From assembly GCA_964626665.1 (NCBI GenBank), contig CAZVGK010000022.1, positions 1-56,038 of the forward strand: DNA of 56,038 nucleotides, written 5' to 3'. Shown piece by piece: positions 36,474 through 46,239 of the stretch. The stretch is from an uncultured Gemmatimonadota bacterium (GTDB lineage: Bacteria > SM23-81 > DAOVCL01). The translations under genes were made by a program, and so were the position numbers. The notes beneath the pieces are model-generated. The model ran no database searches and was not told where the DNA came from. It saw only the letters and a program-made list of their open reading frames with translations. Positions within the stretch are counted from its first letter, which is position 1; each line of letters opens with the position of its first letter.

Positions 36474-37913
36474 CTACTCTCTTTTCCTCCACCAGCCCAA
36501 TGCCGTAGTAAGAACCTCCCTATCCTCCCGAGAGAATCCACCAAAGCTGTAGAGAAGGCTGAGATAAAGGATAACCGAGGCCAAAAGGAGCATCCAGAGG
36601 TTAAATGATCTGAGCAGGAAAATGGCCAGGCCCATCAGGGAAGCGGCAAAGAATGGCCGGTAGCAGTTGCTCATAATTGGTATCCGATAGAAGAACTTAG
36701 AGACATTTCCATAGACTAATCCAAAGAGGAGGAATTCGGTGGCCAGGGTGGTTATGCTCGCCCCTATGTAGCCAAACCGAGGAATGAACCAGAGGTTGGT
36801 GAGCAGGTTAAAACCGGCCCCGATGCCCACGATATAGGTTCTCCTGCCTTGGCGATTGATGGAGGTTAAAACGGCCCCAAAGGTGTTGTTCACAAACCTT
36901 AAGGGGACAGTCCAGATCAAAACCTGTAGGGCCAAGACTGAGGGGCCGAAATTTCCCCCATAGAAGAGACTGATAAATCGTGGGGCCAAAAGCGTGGTTC
37001 CCAAGGCAATGGGGAGGCCAATTGTAAAGAGGTAGCGGAACGACCCCTGAAACAACTTAATAAGCCTGGATTTATCCTCTAAGTAATCCCGGGACATAAT
37101 GGGGAGAAGGGAAGAGTTCAAAATCCCAGCTATCAAGGGAAGGTTGACCATCAAGGCGGCCGCAGCCTTATAAAAACCCAACTCCTTATCCCCCCTCATC
37201 AGGGAGAGCATTACCTGATCGATCTGGATATAGATTGTGGAAAAGATCAGGTTGAAGCCAAATGGGTAGGCCCTTACCACAAGTTCCTTCCAAATCCGGA
37301 GGTTTGCCCTCCATTGGGGTTGACCCACCCTCCTCCTGTAGATGGAGAGGCCCATTAGAAGATTTAACAGTTGTCCCCCTAAGAAGGCGCAGACCAGCTC
37401 GATCAACCCCCCTCCCAGGAGGATGACCAAAGCCGCTAAGCCAAGGGTGGAGATCTTTCCCAGGGACTGGGCGACCGTCTCATACTCCATCCTCTCCAGG
37501 GCATGGAAGGAACCCCGCAGAATCTGTATATAGGCACCTACCCATAGGTTGAGGCCGGCCAAGAGCACGGCCAACCTTATATCCCAGGGCCGTCTAAAAA
37601 GGTAGATCCCCGTGAAGCAGAGAAGAAGGGTAAAGGAGGAGAGGGCTGTGGCTAGCCCAAGGCCATTGCTCACATAGAGAGGCAATCGCGCCTTATCCCT
37701 TGCCCCCTCCCTGATGATGAAGAGCCCTACCCCCAGGTCGGTGAGGAAGGAGAAGGGGGCCACGAAGGCAAAGACGAATGCATACCTTCCTAAGCCCTCC
37801 ACCCCCCAGCTGCGGGCCACAAGGATGGTGAGGATAAAACCGGTGAGCAGGCTAAAGATATTTGTAAGAGAAAGAGCAAGCGTATTCTTGGCTATTCTTT
37901 GAACCGTCCTGAT
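36474..37913 (-). CDS. wzx: Wzx/MurJ-family polysaccharide flippase (start extended to an ATC codon at 37913)
   Basis: DLG, IDQVML, GFYKAA and IPRFGYIGA motifs. The upstream in-frame sequence reads (I)RTVQRIAKNT, 7 nt after GGAGG. Confidence 0.85.
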   Translation of the reverse strand: MRTVQRIAKNTLALSLTNIFSLLTGFILTILVARSWGVEGLGRYAFVFAFVAPFSFLTDLGVGLFIIREGARDKARLPLYVSNGLGLATALSSFTLLLCFTGIYLFRRPWDIRLAVLLAGLNLWVGAYIQILRGSFHALERMEYETVAQSLGKISTLGLAALVILLGGGLIELVCAFLGGQLLNLLMGLSIYRRRVGQPQWRANLRIWKELVVRAYPFGFNLIFSTIYIQIDQVMLSLMRGDKELGFYKAAAALMVNLPLIAGILNSSLLPIMSRDYLEDKSRLIKLFQGSFRYLFTIGLPIALGTTLLAPRFISLFYGGNFGPSVLALQVLIWTVPLRFVNNTFGAVLTSINRQGRRTYIVGIGAGFNLLTNLWFIPRFGYIGASITTLATEFLLFGLVYGNVSKFFYRIPIMSNCYRPFFAASLMGLAIFLLRSFNLWMLLLASVILYLSLLYSFGGFSREDREVLTTALGWWRKRE

Positions 37914-38095
37914 AGCAAAACCTCCGCTTACTTCCCTAATGGGCCTATTAGGATAGGATTTTTTGTCTCAAAAAGGTAATGAACACTGGGACCGCTGAAA
38001 AAATTATGAGGGAAGGTTCCCCGTGGGAGCAGGACCTCTGTTCCGCCCCGGTCAGATCAGGGGATCTAACCTCTCAGCTACTGAGGTGGGGGTAT

Positions 38096-39169
38096 TCACT
38101 CCTCCATTCTGCCAATTATCTCTGCTATCCGCAAGCTGGCCTCCCCCTCCCCATAGGGGTTCTCCCCCTGTGATGGGAGATGAAGGTCGTTGAGTGCTTC
38201 CTTTATCCTCTCAGGCTGAGTTCCCACTAAGATATTCCATCCACCTTCTACCAGCTCGGCCCATTCGGTCTCCTGACGGAGGATAAGGCAGGGGGTTCTC
38301 AGAAAGTAGGCCTCCTTCTGCATCCCTCCAGAGTCGGTGAGGATGGCCTCAGCCTCCTCCTCCAAGCGCAGCATATCCAGGTAGCCTAACGGTTCGATGA
38401 TCCTGAGATGGGGAACAGCCTGACACCTTTCCCAGAGATCCCAGTGGCGGAGCCATTTCCTCACCCGCGGATGGGCAGGGAAGATGATCGTTCTCTCCAG
38501 GGAGGTAACCGCCTCCACAATGGATCGGAGGTTCTCAATCAGGTCCGTATTCTCCTGTCGATGGATGGTCAACAACAGAAACCTCCCCTCAGAGAGGCCC
38601 AATCTCTCCATAATCCGGGATTCCCTGCGGGCCACCTCCACATTCTCCAAGAGGGCGTCAAGCATCACATCGCCAACCCGATAAACTCCTTCCCCTATCC
38701 CCTCCCTTTGTAAATTCTGCACAGCCCTGAGGGAAGGGCAGAAGAGCAGGTCAGAGATGTTATCGGTCAGCAGCCTGTTTATCTCCTCAGGCATCCTGCG
38801 GTTGTAGCTCCTCAGGCCAGCCTCGATATGGGCAACTTTCACATGGAGCTTAACAGCGGCCAGCGCGCCGGCTAAGGTGGAATTGGTGTCCCCATAGACT
38901 ATTACTAAATCTGGCCGTTCTTTGAGAAGTACCTCCTCCACCCTCTGCAGTATCTTGCCCGTCTGTCCCCCATGGCCGCCGGAACCCACCTTGAGGTTGT
39001 AGTCAGGTCGGGGTATCTTCAATTGTTCAAAGAAGATGTGGGAGAGCTCTCGATCATAGTGCTGCCCGGTGTGGATGAGCACCTCCCTCTGTTCTCTCCG
39101 CAGCACCTTGGAAAGGGGGGCAGCCTTGATAAACTGGGGCCTGGCCCCTACGATGGAGGCTATCTTCAT
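38096..39169 (-). CDS. wecB: UDP-N-acetylglucosamine 2-epimerase, non-hydrolysing (WecB/WbpI-like)
   Basis: VGARPQFIK, HTGQHYD, HIEAGLRS, MPEEINR and TDSGGMQKEA motifs. Confidence 0.93.
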   Translation of the reverse strand: MKIASIVGARPQFIKAAPLSKVLRREQREVLIHTGQHYDRELSHIFFEQLKIPRPDYNLKVGSGGHGGQTGKILQRVEEVLLKERPDLVIVYGDTNSTLAGALAAVKLHVKVAHIEAGLRSYNRRMPEEINRLLTDNISDLLFCPSLRAVQNLQREGIGEGVYRVGDVMLDALLENVEVARRESRIMERLGLSEGRFLLLTIHRQENTDLIENLRSIVEAVTSLERTIIFPAHPRVRKWLRHWDLWERCQAVPHLRIIEPLGYLDMLRLEEEAEAILTDSGGMQKEAYFLRTPCLILRQETEWAELVEGGWNILVGTQPERIKEALNDLHLPSQGENPYGEGEASLRIAEIIGRMEE

Positions 39170-39373
39170 CCCCAGGCGAACTCTAAATAGCTGAAGACCC
39201 GGCCCAGGCAGTCGATAAATGTGGGCATATTCTCTGTTCTAACGAAGCTTCGCCTTCTCGGCCCGGGACGGGCAAATCAACAAGGCAGTGGCAACCCAGA
39301 TTAGGCGGAGCTTCGAATCATAAAATGAAGAATGTAAAGTGCAAAAGTTGAACTTAGCCGCCTTCGGCGGGAC

Positions 39374-39448
39374 TTTTCTGACGGGATGAACAGGATTTAC
39401 ATGATTTTCATTTATCCCGATCATCCTGTCTATCCAGTCCAATAAAAA
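39374..39448. repeat. ACAGGAT-family inverted-repeat element, copy 3
   Basis: TTTTCTGACGGGATGAACAGGATTTACATGATT ... ATCCCGATCATCCTGTCTATCCAGTC. Confidence 0.65.
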
Positions 39449-39524
39449 AAGGAATTTCCTATGCTATGAACTTAGCTCCCTTGGCCTGGGAAGCTGGGAG
39501 AGAAGATTCTCCCTCTGAAAAACC

Positions 39525-40649
39525 TTAGGAGGAAACCGCTGCCCCTCCCTCATAGAAACCTCCGATGGCCTGTACAACTTCCCCCCTCTCCTCCTGGGTG
39601 AGCTCCGGGTAGATAGGGATGGAGATAACCTCTTGGGAGGCTTTCTCCGCCTGGGGCATATCCCCTTCTCGGTAATTCAGGAAGCGATAACAGTCCTGCA
39701 GAGACAGGGGGAGCGGATAATAGACCTTACAGCCTATCCCCTTTAGCTTAAGCCACTCCTTTAGCTCATCCCTCCTCTCGGCCCGGAGGGTATACTGGTT
39801 GTAGATGTGTCGCCCAAAGCCCAGATCCTTGGGGGTCCTCACCCCAGCTATCCCTTTTAAGGCCTGATCATAATATTTGGCATTCTCCTGTCTCTTCTCC
39901 GTCCATCCATCCAAGTGCTTTAGCTTCACCTTGAGGATGGCTGCCTGCAAGGTGTCCAGCCTGGAGTTATAGCCGATCATTGAGTGGTGGTATTCGGAGC
40001 GTCCCCCATGCTTCCGCAATATCTCTACCTTCTCGGCCAGTTCCCCATCATCCGTGGTTACCATCCCCCCATCGCCAAACCCCCCTAAATTCTTGCTGGG
40101 AAAGAAGCTAAAACAGCCCAGCTCTCCGAGGGAACCTGCCCTCCTCCCCTTATACTCGGAGCCAATTGCCTGGGCAGCATCCTCCACCACCTTGAGGCTA
40201 TGCCTTTTGGCTACCTCCAGGATGGGATCCATATCGGCGCACTGGCCAAAGAGGTGGACGGGCATGATGGCCTTTGTCCTGGTGGTGATTTTGGGTTCTA
40301 TTAAGTGCGGATCGAGGTTAAATGTCTCTGGGTCGATGTCCACGAAGACGGGTTTGGCCCCGGCCCGGGAGATGGAGCCGGCAGTGGCAAAGAAGGAGAA
40401 AGAGGTAGTGATCACCTCATCCCCCGGGCCAACCCCCAACGCCCGCAGGGCCAAAAGGAGGGCATCTGACCCTGAGGCTACCCCCACCGCATATTTTGTC
40501 CCCGAATAGGCGGCTACCTCCTCCTCGAATTCCTTCACCTGAGGGCCTAAGATGAACCTTTGGCTATCCAATACCTCATCTATGGCCCTTCTTATCTCCC
40601 CCTCAATCCCCTCAAACCCTCTCTTTAAATCAAGCAATGGCACGGTCAT
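39525..40649 (-). CDS. DegT family aminotransferase (WbpE-like)
   Basis: VASGSDAL, EDAAQAIG, SFFPSKNLGGFGDGG and NSRLDTLQAA motifs. Confidence 0.9.
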   Translation of the reverse strand: MTVPLLDLKRGFEGIEGEIRRAIDEVLDSQRFILGPQVKEFEEEVAAYSGTKYAVGVASGSDALLLALRALGVGPGDEVITTSFSFFATAGSISRAGAKPVFVDIDPETFNLDPHLIEPKITTRTKAIMPVHLFGQCADMDPILEVAKRHSLKVVEDAAQAIGSEYKGRRAGSLGELGCFSFFPSKNLGGFGDGGMVTTDDGELAEKVEILRKHGGRSEYHHSMIGYNSRLDTLQAAILKVKLKHLDGWTEKRQENAKYYDQALKGIAGVRTPKDLGFGRHIYNQYTLRAERRDELKEWLKLKGIGCKVYYPLPLSLQDCYRFLNYREGDMPQAEKASQEVISIPIYPELTQEERGEVVQAIGGFYEGGAAVSS

Positions 40650-40652
40650 CTC

Positions 40653-41405
40653 TCACTCCCATCCCTGATTTTCCAGCAATTGCTCCGGGGGGACATCCCG
40701 CCAGGGCTTTGCCGGGGAACCCAGGGCTATCTTCTGAGAAGGTATGTCCCTGGTCACTACCGAGCCGGCAGCTACCAGGGAGTCCGCCCCGATGGTCTTT
40801 CCTGGTAGGATAGTGGCATTAAGCCCGACCCTCCCTCCCCTTTTCACCGTCACCCCCTTAAAGTGTTTGAATCTCTCCTCGGTGCGGCCGACGAAGTTAT
40901 CGTTGCTGGTGGCCACACACGGGGCCACAAAGACCCGATCCTCTAAGCGGGAGTAGGCGGTGATATAGACATCTGTCTCTAACTTACAATAGGAGCCTAT
41001 CTTACAAAAGTTCTCAATAGCGACTCCCCGGCCCACTATGGTATAATCGCCGATGGTGACGTTCTCCCGCACCGAGGCCAGGTCGGCAACCAGCACCTTC
41101 TGACCTATGCGGCAACCGCGGTAGATGACCACCGATGTGCCAATTATGCAGTCATTCCCAATCTCCGTTCCGGGAAGCTCCATCTCCTTGGTGACCGCGG
41201 TGTTTGCCGCCTTCATCAGGTCCTTGCCGATCACCGTCTGGTCGTCGATCCTCACCCTATCGCCGATCTTAGAACCCTGGTGAATAACCACATTGTTCCC
41301 AATCACGCATCCCTTGCCTATCTTTACCCCCTCCTCTATCACGGTAAAGTAGCCAACTTTCGTTCCTTCCCTTAACTTTGCCTGAGGTGAAATATAGTTC
41401 TCCAT
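40653..41405 (-). CDS. Hexapeptide-repeat N-acetyltransferase (WbpD-like)
   Basis: Left-handed beta-helix repeats, ATILPG..IG and AGSVVTRD. The start is likely MENYIS at 41405 rather than 41558. Confidence 0.85.
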   Translation of the reverse strand: MENYISPQAKLREGTKVGYFTVIEEGVKIGKGCVIGNNVVIHQGSKIGDRVRIDDQTVIGKDLMKAANTAVTKEMELPGTEIGNDCIIGTSVVIYRGCRIGQKVLVADLASVRENVTIGDYTIVGRGVAIENFCKIGSYCKLETDVYITAYSRLEDRVFVAPCVATSNDNFVGRTEERFKHFKGVTVKRGGRVGLNATILPGKTIGADSLVAAGSVVTRDIPSQKIALGSPAKPWRDVPPEQLLENQGWE

Positions 41406-41419
41406 CTGTCTTCCTTTTC

Positions 41420-42427
41420 TTATTTGAACTCTACGGGGGTTCCCCCGTTCTTCAGAGATTTTTGGGCAGCGGCCAAGACCTTGAGCACCCGCAGGCCATC
41501 CTCCCCATTGCTCTTTGGAGTGGCTCTGCTCTCCATACACTGGAGGAAATGTTCGCACTCGGACTTCAAGGGCTCCACCAGATCCAACTTGGGAATGAGT
41601 ATATCCCCATGGCGCAGGCTAAGATACTCCCCATAGCTGGCATAATCCTTGTGGGTGTCCACCCCCTTGTCGTAGATCCTGATTTTCTCCGCCGACTCCA
41701 TATCATCGAAGACGGCCATCTTCTTCTGGCCCACAACGGTTACCTTCCTTATCTTGTGGGGATCAAGCCAACTCACATGGATGTTGGCCAGCATTCCTCC
41801 CTCGAAATAGAGCGTGGAGAAGGCCACATCCTCAATGCCTTCTCGTAGATAAGCCATCCCATTGGCGGTGATCCTCACCGGCTCCTTATTTAAGAGGTAG
41901 AGGATGATGGATACATCGTGGGGGGCAAAGCTCCAAAGGGCGTTTTCGATATCCCTTACCTTCCCTAAGTTGACCCGGGTGGAATAGAGATAGTAGATCC
42001 TCCCCAGTTCCCCGCTATCGATTAGCTCCTTCAGTTTCAAGGCCGCGGGATGATACTCCATTATGTGGCCCACCATCAGGATTCTCCCCTCCTTGTGGGC
42101 CAGCTCCACCAATTTCTCCCCTTCCTCCACCTGCAAGACCAGGGGTTTCTCCACGAAACAGTCCTTTCCCGACTCCAAGGCGGCCTTGGCCAGAGCATAA
42201 TGGGATTCCGGAGGTGTGGCTACCACCACCGCCTGTAATTCCTTATCGGAGAGGACCTCCTCGAAATCGGCCGTAAACTTAACCGAGGGATACTCCTTTC
42301 TGAACCCCTCCAACCTTTGGGGATCCTGGTCACAGCCTATCTTTAGCTGGCAACCGGGAAGGTAATAGAAGTTACGCAAGAGGTTCTTTCCCCAAGCTCC
42401 CAAACCTACCTGTCCGATTTTAATCAT
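41420..42427 (-). CDS. Gfo/Idh/MocA family oxidoreductase (WbpB-like sugar 3-dehydrogenase)
   Basis: GLGAWGKN, FVEKP, MVGH, APHD and SWLDPHKIR motifs. Confidence 0.88.
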   Translation of the reverse strand: MIKIGQVGLGAWGKNLLRNFYYLPGCQLKIGCDQDPQRLEGFRKEYPSVKFTADFEEVLSDKELQAVVVATPPESHYALAKAALESGKDCFVEKPLVLQVEEGEKLVELAHKEGRILMVGHIMEYHPAALKLKELIDSGELGRIYYLYSTRVNLGKVRDIENALWSFAPHDVSIILYLLNKEPVRITANGMAYLREGIEDVAFSTLYFEGGMLANIHVSWLDPHKIRKVTVVGQKKMAVFDDMESAEKIRIYDKGVDTHKDYASYGEYLSLRHGDILIPKLDLVEPLKSECEHFLQCMESRATPKSNGEDGLRVLKVLAAAQKSLKNGGTPVEFK

Positions 42428-43635
42428 CTGTCTTCCTTCCTCTTTCTGGTCAGCAAATTCCTGAGCCTGAGATAATCCGCCCGGAGAAGGGAGGATATGC
42501 GGGAGATCTTTTGGGAGTCCTCAGAGGACCTGACCCTCTCCATATATTCCAACCCAAAAGCCAGAAAGATGCCGACGAAAAGGCTTAGTAGGCCAGCCAG
42601 GCCGACCAGAACCGTCCTTTTGGGTTTGCTCTTCTGGGTAGGGGGGATGGCCTCATCTAAGACCTGCACGGTGGGCGTGTCCCTCTTCTCCTGGATTTTG
42701 GCTTGTTCATACTGCTGGGTTAAGAGCTCAAATATCTCCTCCTCTACCTTCAAATCCCTGGTCGATCTGGCCAGTTCCAGGGCGAATAAGGGCACCTGGG
42801 AGAAGGGAAGGAGAAAGTCGTCCTCCCCACTTCCAAACTCCATCTTCCTTAGCTGTTTGTCGTATTCGTTTATCTGGGTCCTTAGCCGTTGCACCTGTGG
42901 GTGGTTGTTCCCCATGCTTTGCCGCAGGACCCCTAGCTGTATCTCCAAAAGGGCCTTCTCGGCCCTCAGATCGGCGGCCTTCTCTATAGCTGCCTTGGTC
43001 TGATCCGACAGGGAGATAGCTTTATGGACTTCCTGAAATCTCTTTAGCCTCTCCTCAGCCCTCTGCAGCTCGGCTCGGGTGGAGTCCAGCCTCTCCTCAA
43101 TAAAGATGCGAGCACTTTTAGCCCGGGAGGTGGACTTCTCCCGATTCACTCCATCCAGGGCCTTTACCAAGGAGTTGGCTACTCGAGCCGCCAGTCTAGG
43201 GTCCTTCTCTGTAACCTTAATCCTGATAATCCCCTCGGGGGAGACATCGACATCGGTATGACTGTGCAGGGTCTTCATTGCCTCCTGTAGATCTTTCGTC
43301 CTATAGACCTTTAGCAACCCGTTCTTCTTGATCACCATCTCGGCCACAGATCTGCTCTTCAAGATGGCGGCAAAGACATCAGAAGGGGTAGACGCCCCGG
43401 GGAGGGAGAGACCTCCGCTCAAGGAGGCTAAAGTGCCCAGGCCTGAAGGGAGGGAAAGACCTCCTCCCTCTCCCTGAGGAGGGAGGATGGAGGTGGTAGC
43501 CGTATACCACTTGGGCAGGAAGAGGCTGATTAAGACCACCAATAGGCAGACCCCAATGAAGTTGAGGCCAATCATCCTGCGCCACTTGGCCAGGACCATC
43601 AGGTAATCCCAGAGATTTGCTTCCTTCTCTTGCAA
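42424..43635 (-). CDS. Wzz/GumC-type chain-length determinant (no kinase domain)
   Basis: N- and C-terminal TM helices, coiled coil, and VLDEAIPP.QKSKPKR motif. Confidence 0.88.
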   Translation of the reverse strand: MQEKEANLWDYLMVLAKWRRMIGLNFIGVCLLVVLISLFLPKWYTATTSILPPQGEGGGLSLPSGLGTLASLSGGLSLPGASTPSDVFAAILKSRSVAEMVIKKNGLLKVYRTKDLQEAMKTLHSHTDVDVSPEGIIRIKVTEKDPRLAARVANSLVKALDGVNREKSTSRAKSARIFIEERLDSTRAELQRAEERLKRFQEVHKAISLSDQTKAAIEKAADLRAEKALLEIQLGVLRQSMGNNHPQVQRLRTQINEYDKQLRKMEFGSGEDDFLLPFSQVPLFALELARSTRDLKVEEEIFELLTQQYEQAKIQEKRDTPTVQVLDEAIPPTQKSKPKRTVLVGLAGLLSLFVGIFLAFGLEYMERVRSSEDSQKISRISSLLRADYLRLRNLLTRKRKEDR

Positions 43636-43669
43636 ACTTAGCTCCCTATGGAGATTTCCATCACTTATT

Positions 43670-45292
43670 TTATGGTTTAACCGCTTGTTTAATCACAATA
43701 TAGACGGTGGCAACCTGGGAGAGGACAGTAATCGCCTCCTTTGTCACCTGCCACCAATTCCTCTCCGGTTTCTCCGGCACCCATATTGTATCACCCGGCT
43801 TAAGCCTCCTGGCCTGCTTAGGCCATACCCATTCTCCCCCCTTAGCCCTAATCACCCTGATTTTCCCCTTTTGAGCATTAGGGCCATAACCCCCAGCCAC
43901 CTGTACATAATAATTCAAGGGTTTCCCCGGGATGTATCCCACCCCTCCAGGAAAACTCACCGTTCCTAACACCCAAACCGCCAGTGGTTTGGGGGGAACC
44001 TCTATGCGGTCACCATTCTTTAGCAGGATGTCCTCGCTGGAATTCCCTTGGGCGAAAAGCTTCTTAAAATCAACCGATAATTTTCCCCTCTTCTCCCGGG
44101 ACCTTAGCTTGAAGTATTCATACTCGGTATGGGTCATGTCGGTGACGGACATATCCTTTAACCTCGCAAACTCCTTGTCCTTCTTCTCCTCTTTTGCCTT
44201 CCTGAGGACGCTGGCGAGCTCTATTGCCGCTTTGGGGGTAAAGCCGCCCGCCTCCTTAATCACCTGGCTTAAGGTAGTAAAGCCCTCCCTTATGGGATAA
44301 ACACCGGGATGAAGAACCTCCCCTTGGAGATAAACCTTCTCCTTTAGGTGATATTTTGGACGGGAACGGACAAAGATGCGGTCATCCGCCATTAAGGCTA
44401 AGTTGCTCTGGTTTCTCAGGTCTATCCGTAGGGTCTTAGTGCTTATTCCATTGGGGTTAAACCTGGTTAAAAGGATGAGGGATGAATCGGCATCAGGCCT
44501 GAGCCCTTTGGCTAACTTGATGAGGTCAGTGACCTTATCTCCCTCTACCCATTCATAGTCCCCAGGTTCATTTACCGCCCCATAGATATTCATAATTCGC
44601 TCCACGGGAGGAACGGAGATGACATCCCCATCCTGCAGGTAAGGGTCTTTCTCTCTATCGCCTAAGGCAAAAAACCTGAAGATATCCGCCCTGGACTGGG
44701 AGCCATCCCGATGGGTAACCACTATGTTCCGTTGGGAAGGCTCGCTAAGGGAGAGGTGATGGAACTTCTCCTTATCTGAAACGGTTTCTGTGTCTGGCTC
44801 GGTTTGCTCCGGCTCGCCAGTCCACCTTAAGAGATCTGAGACCCTATCCGTGGCCTGGACTACCCAGCTTCCCGGCTTACCCACCTCTCCAGTTGTCATT
44901 ACCCTAAATCTCCTCAGAGAAGTAAGGTTTGTGGTAACCTTCACATTTCTAAACCTTTGGAGAACTGCCTTCTTCACCTTCACCTTGGTCTCTCGCAGGG
45001 TTAGGCCGGCCACCTGCAGTTCCCCCACCGAGGGGATGAGAAGTTTCCCCTCCGGGGTAACCGTGAGAGGGAAACTTATATCCTCTTCCCCCCAGATATT
45101 CACCACCAGTCCATCACCTGGTCCCAGAATATACTCGGACGGATCGACTGCACTCTCCAGGGCCTGCCCTTTCAGGTAAGGAAGGGATGGCTGGACCATC
45201 CGCTGCAGGTTCTCCTTTTGCTCAGTGGACTGGGCCAGGCAAAGGCCGCCCAAAAAAGAGAACAGCAGAAAAAAAACAATAGTTCCTTTCAT
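43670..45292 (-). CDS. Polysaccharide export protein with SLBB domains (Wza/KpsD-like)
   Basis: YILGPGD poly-export motif and repeated GEV..PG.Y SLBB domains; the ATG overlaps the rmlB stop. Confidence 0.88.
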   Translation of the reverse strand: MKGTIVFFLLFSFLGGLCLAQSTEQKENLQRMVQPSLPYLKGQALESAVDPSEYILGPGDGLVVNIWGEEDISFPLTVTPEGKLLIPSVGELQVAGLTLRETKVKVKKAVLQRFRNVKVTTNLTSLRRFRVMTTGEVGKPGSWVVQATDRVSDLLRWTGEPEQTEPDTETVSDKEKFHHLSLSEPSQRNIVVTHRDGSQSRADIFRFFALGDREKDPYLQDGDVISVPPVERIMNIYGAVNEPGDYEWVEGDKVTDLIKLAKGLRPDADSSLILLTRFNPNGISTKTLRIDLRNQSNLALMADDRIFVRSRPKYHLKEKVYLQGEVLHPGVYPIREGFTTLSQVIKEAGGFTPKAAIELASVLRKAKEEKKDKEFARLKDMSVTDMTHTEYEYFKLRSREKRGKLSVDFKKLFAQGNSSEDILLKNGDRIEVPPKPLAVWVLGTVSFPGGVGYIPGKPLNYYVQVAGGYGPNAQKGKIRVIRAKGGEWVWPKQARRLKPGDTIWVPEKPERNWWQVTKEAITVLSQVATVYIVIKQAVKP

Positions 45293-46239
45293 AACCTTTT
45301 CTCCCACCAGTCCTTGTTCCTTAGATACCACTTCACGGTTTGCTCCAATCCCTCCGGCAGACTGTAAAGGGGCTTCCAGCCCAGGCTTGCCAACTTCTTG
45401 GTGGAGAGGGAGTACCTGCGGTCATGTCCGGGGCGGTCCCTAACGAACTCTATCAGACCTTCGCTTTTGCCTAAAATCCTCAGCACCTTTTTAATGAGCT
45501 GAAGGTTGGTCAGCTCAGCTCCGCTGGATATGTTGTAAATCTGGTCATCCTTCCCTTTCTGGAGAATGAGGTCAATGGCCCGGCAGTTGTCCTCCACATA
45601 GGTCCACTCCCTGCGGTGCAAACCATCCCCATAGAGAGGAAGTCTCTTCCCCTGCAAGGCCCTGGTTATGAAAAGGGGGAGAAGCTTCTCCGGATATTGA
45701 CGGGGACCATAGTTGTTCGAACACCTTATTATCATCACCGGTAGCCCATAGGTCCGGTGATAGGAGAGGGCCAAGAGGTCCGCGGCTGCTTTGCTGACCG
45801 CATAGGGGCTTGATGGATTCAAAGGATCACCTTCAATAAAGCTACCCTTTTCCCTGCTTCCATAGACCTCATCTGTGGATATTTGAATAAACTTTTTGTT
45901 CTGCTTTTTTGTCGCTTCTAAGAGGCAGTGAGTCCCTAAGATGTTTGTATGTAAGAAAACATCTGGTGCTTGAATGGAGCGATCAACATGGGTCTCAGCG
46001 GCAAAGTTAACCACCAGATCAGAATCTGAGACAAGCTCATCATCGAGGCCCTGATTGCTGATGTCCCCCTGAATGAAGCGAAAATGGTGGTTGTCTATCC
46101 CCCTGGGGAGGTTGTCCAGCCCTCCGGCATAGGTTAGCTTGTCCAAGACAAATACCCTATAGTCTTGATGATGCTTGAGGAGGTAATCAACGAAGTTGCT
46201 GCCAATGAAGCCGGCCCCACCGGTGACCAAGATCTTCAC
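45289..46239 (-). CDS. rmlB: dTDP-glucose 4,6-dehydratase
   Basis: GGAGFIGSNF, DKLTYAG, AAETHVDRSI, STDEVYG, YAVSK and DRPGHDRRY motifs. Confidence 0.95.
   Translation of the reverse strand: MKILVTGGAGFIGSNFVDYLLKHHQDYRVFVLDKLTYAGGLDNLPRGIDNHHFRFIQGDISNQGLDDELVSDSDLVVNFAAETHVDRSIQAPDVFLHTNILGTHCLLEATKKQNKKFIQISTDEVYGSREKGSFIEGDPLNPSSPYAVSKAAADLLALSYHRTYGLPVMIIRCSNNYGPRQYPEKLLPLFITRALQGKRLPLYGDGLHRREWTYVEDNCRAIDLILQKGKDDQIYNISSGAELTNLQLIKKVLRILGKSEGLIEFVRDRPGHDRRYSLSTKKLASLGWKPLYSLPEGLEQTVKWYLRNKDWWEKRL

Noticed and set aside
39239-39442. 67-aa ORF MDWIDRMIGINENHVNPVHPV
   Set aside because: It is a translation of the ACAGGAT repeat arms, so spurious.
41406-41558. N-terminal extension of the acetyltransferase ORF
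   Set aside because: It overlaps the oxidoreductase gene; a better start with RBS is at 41405.
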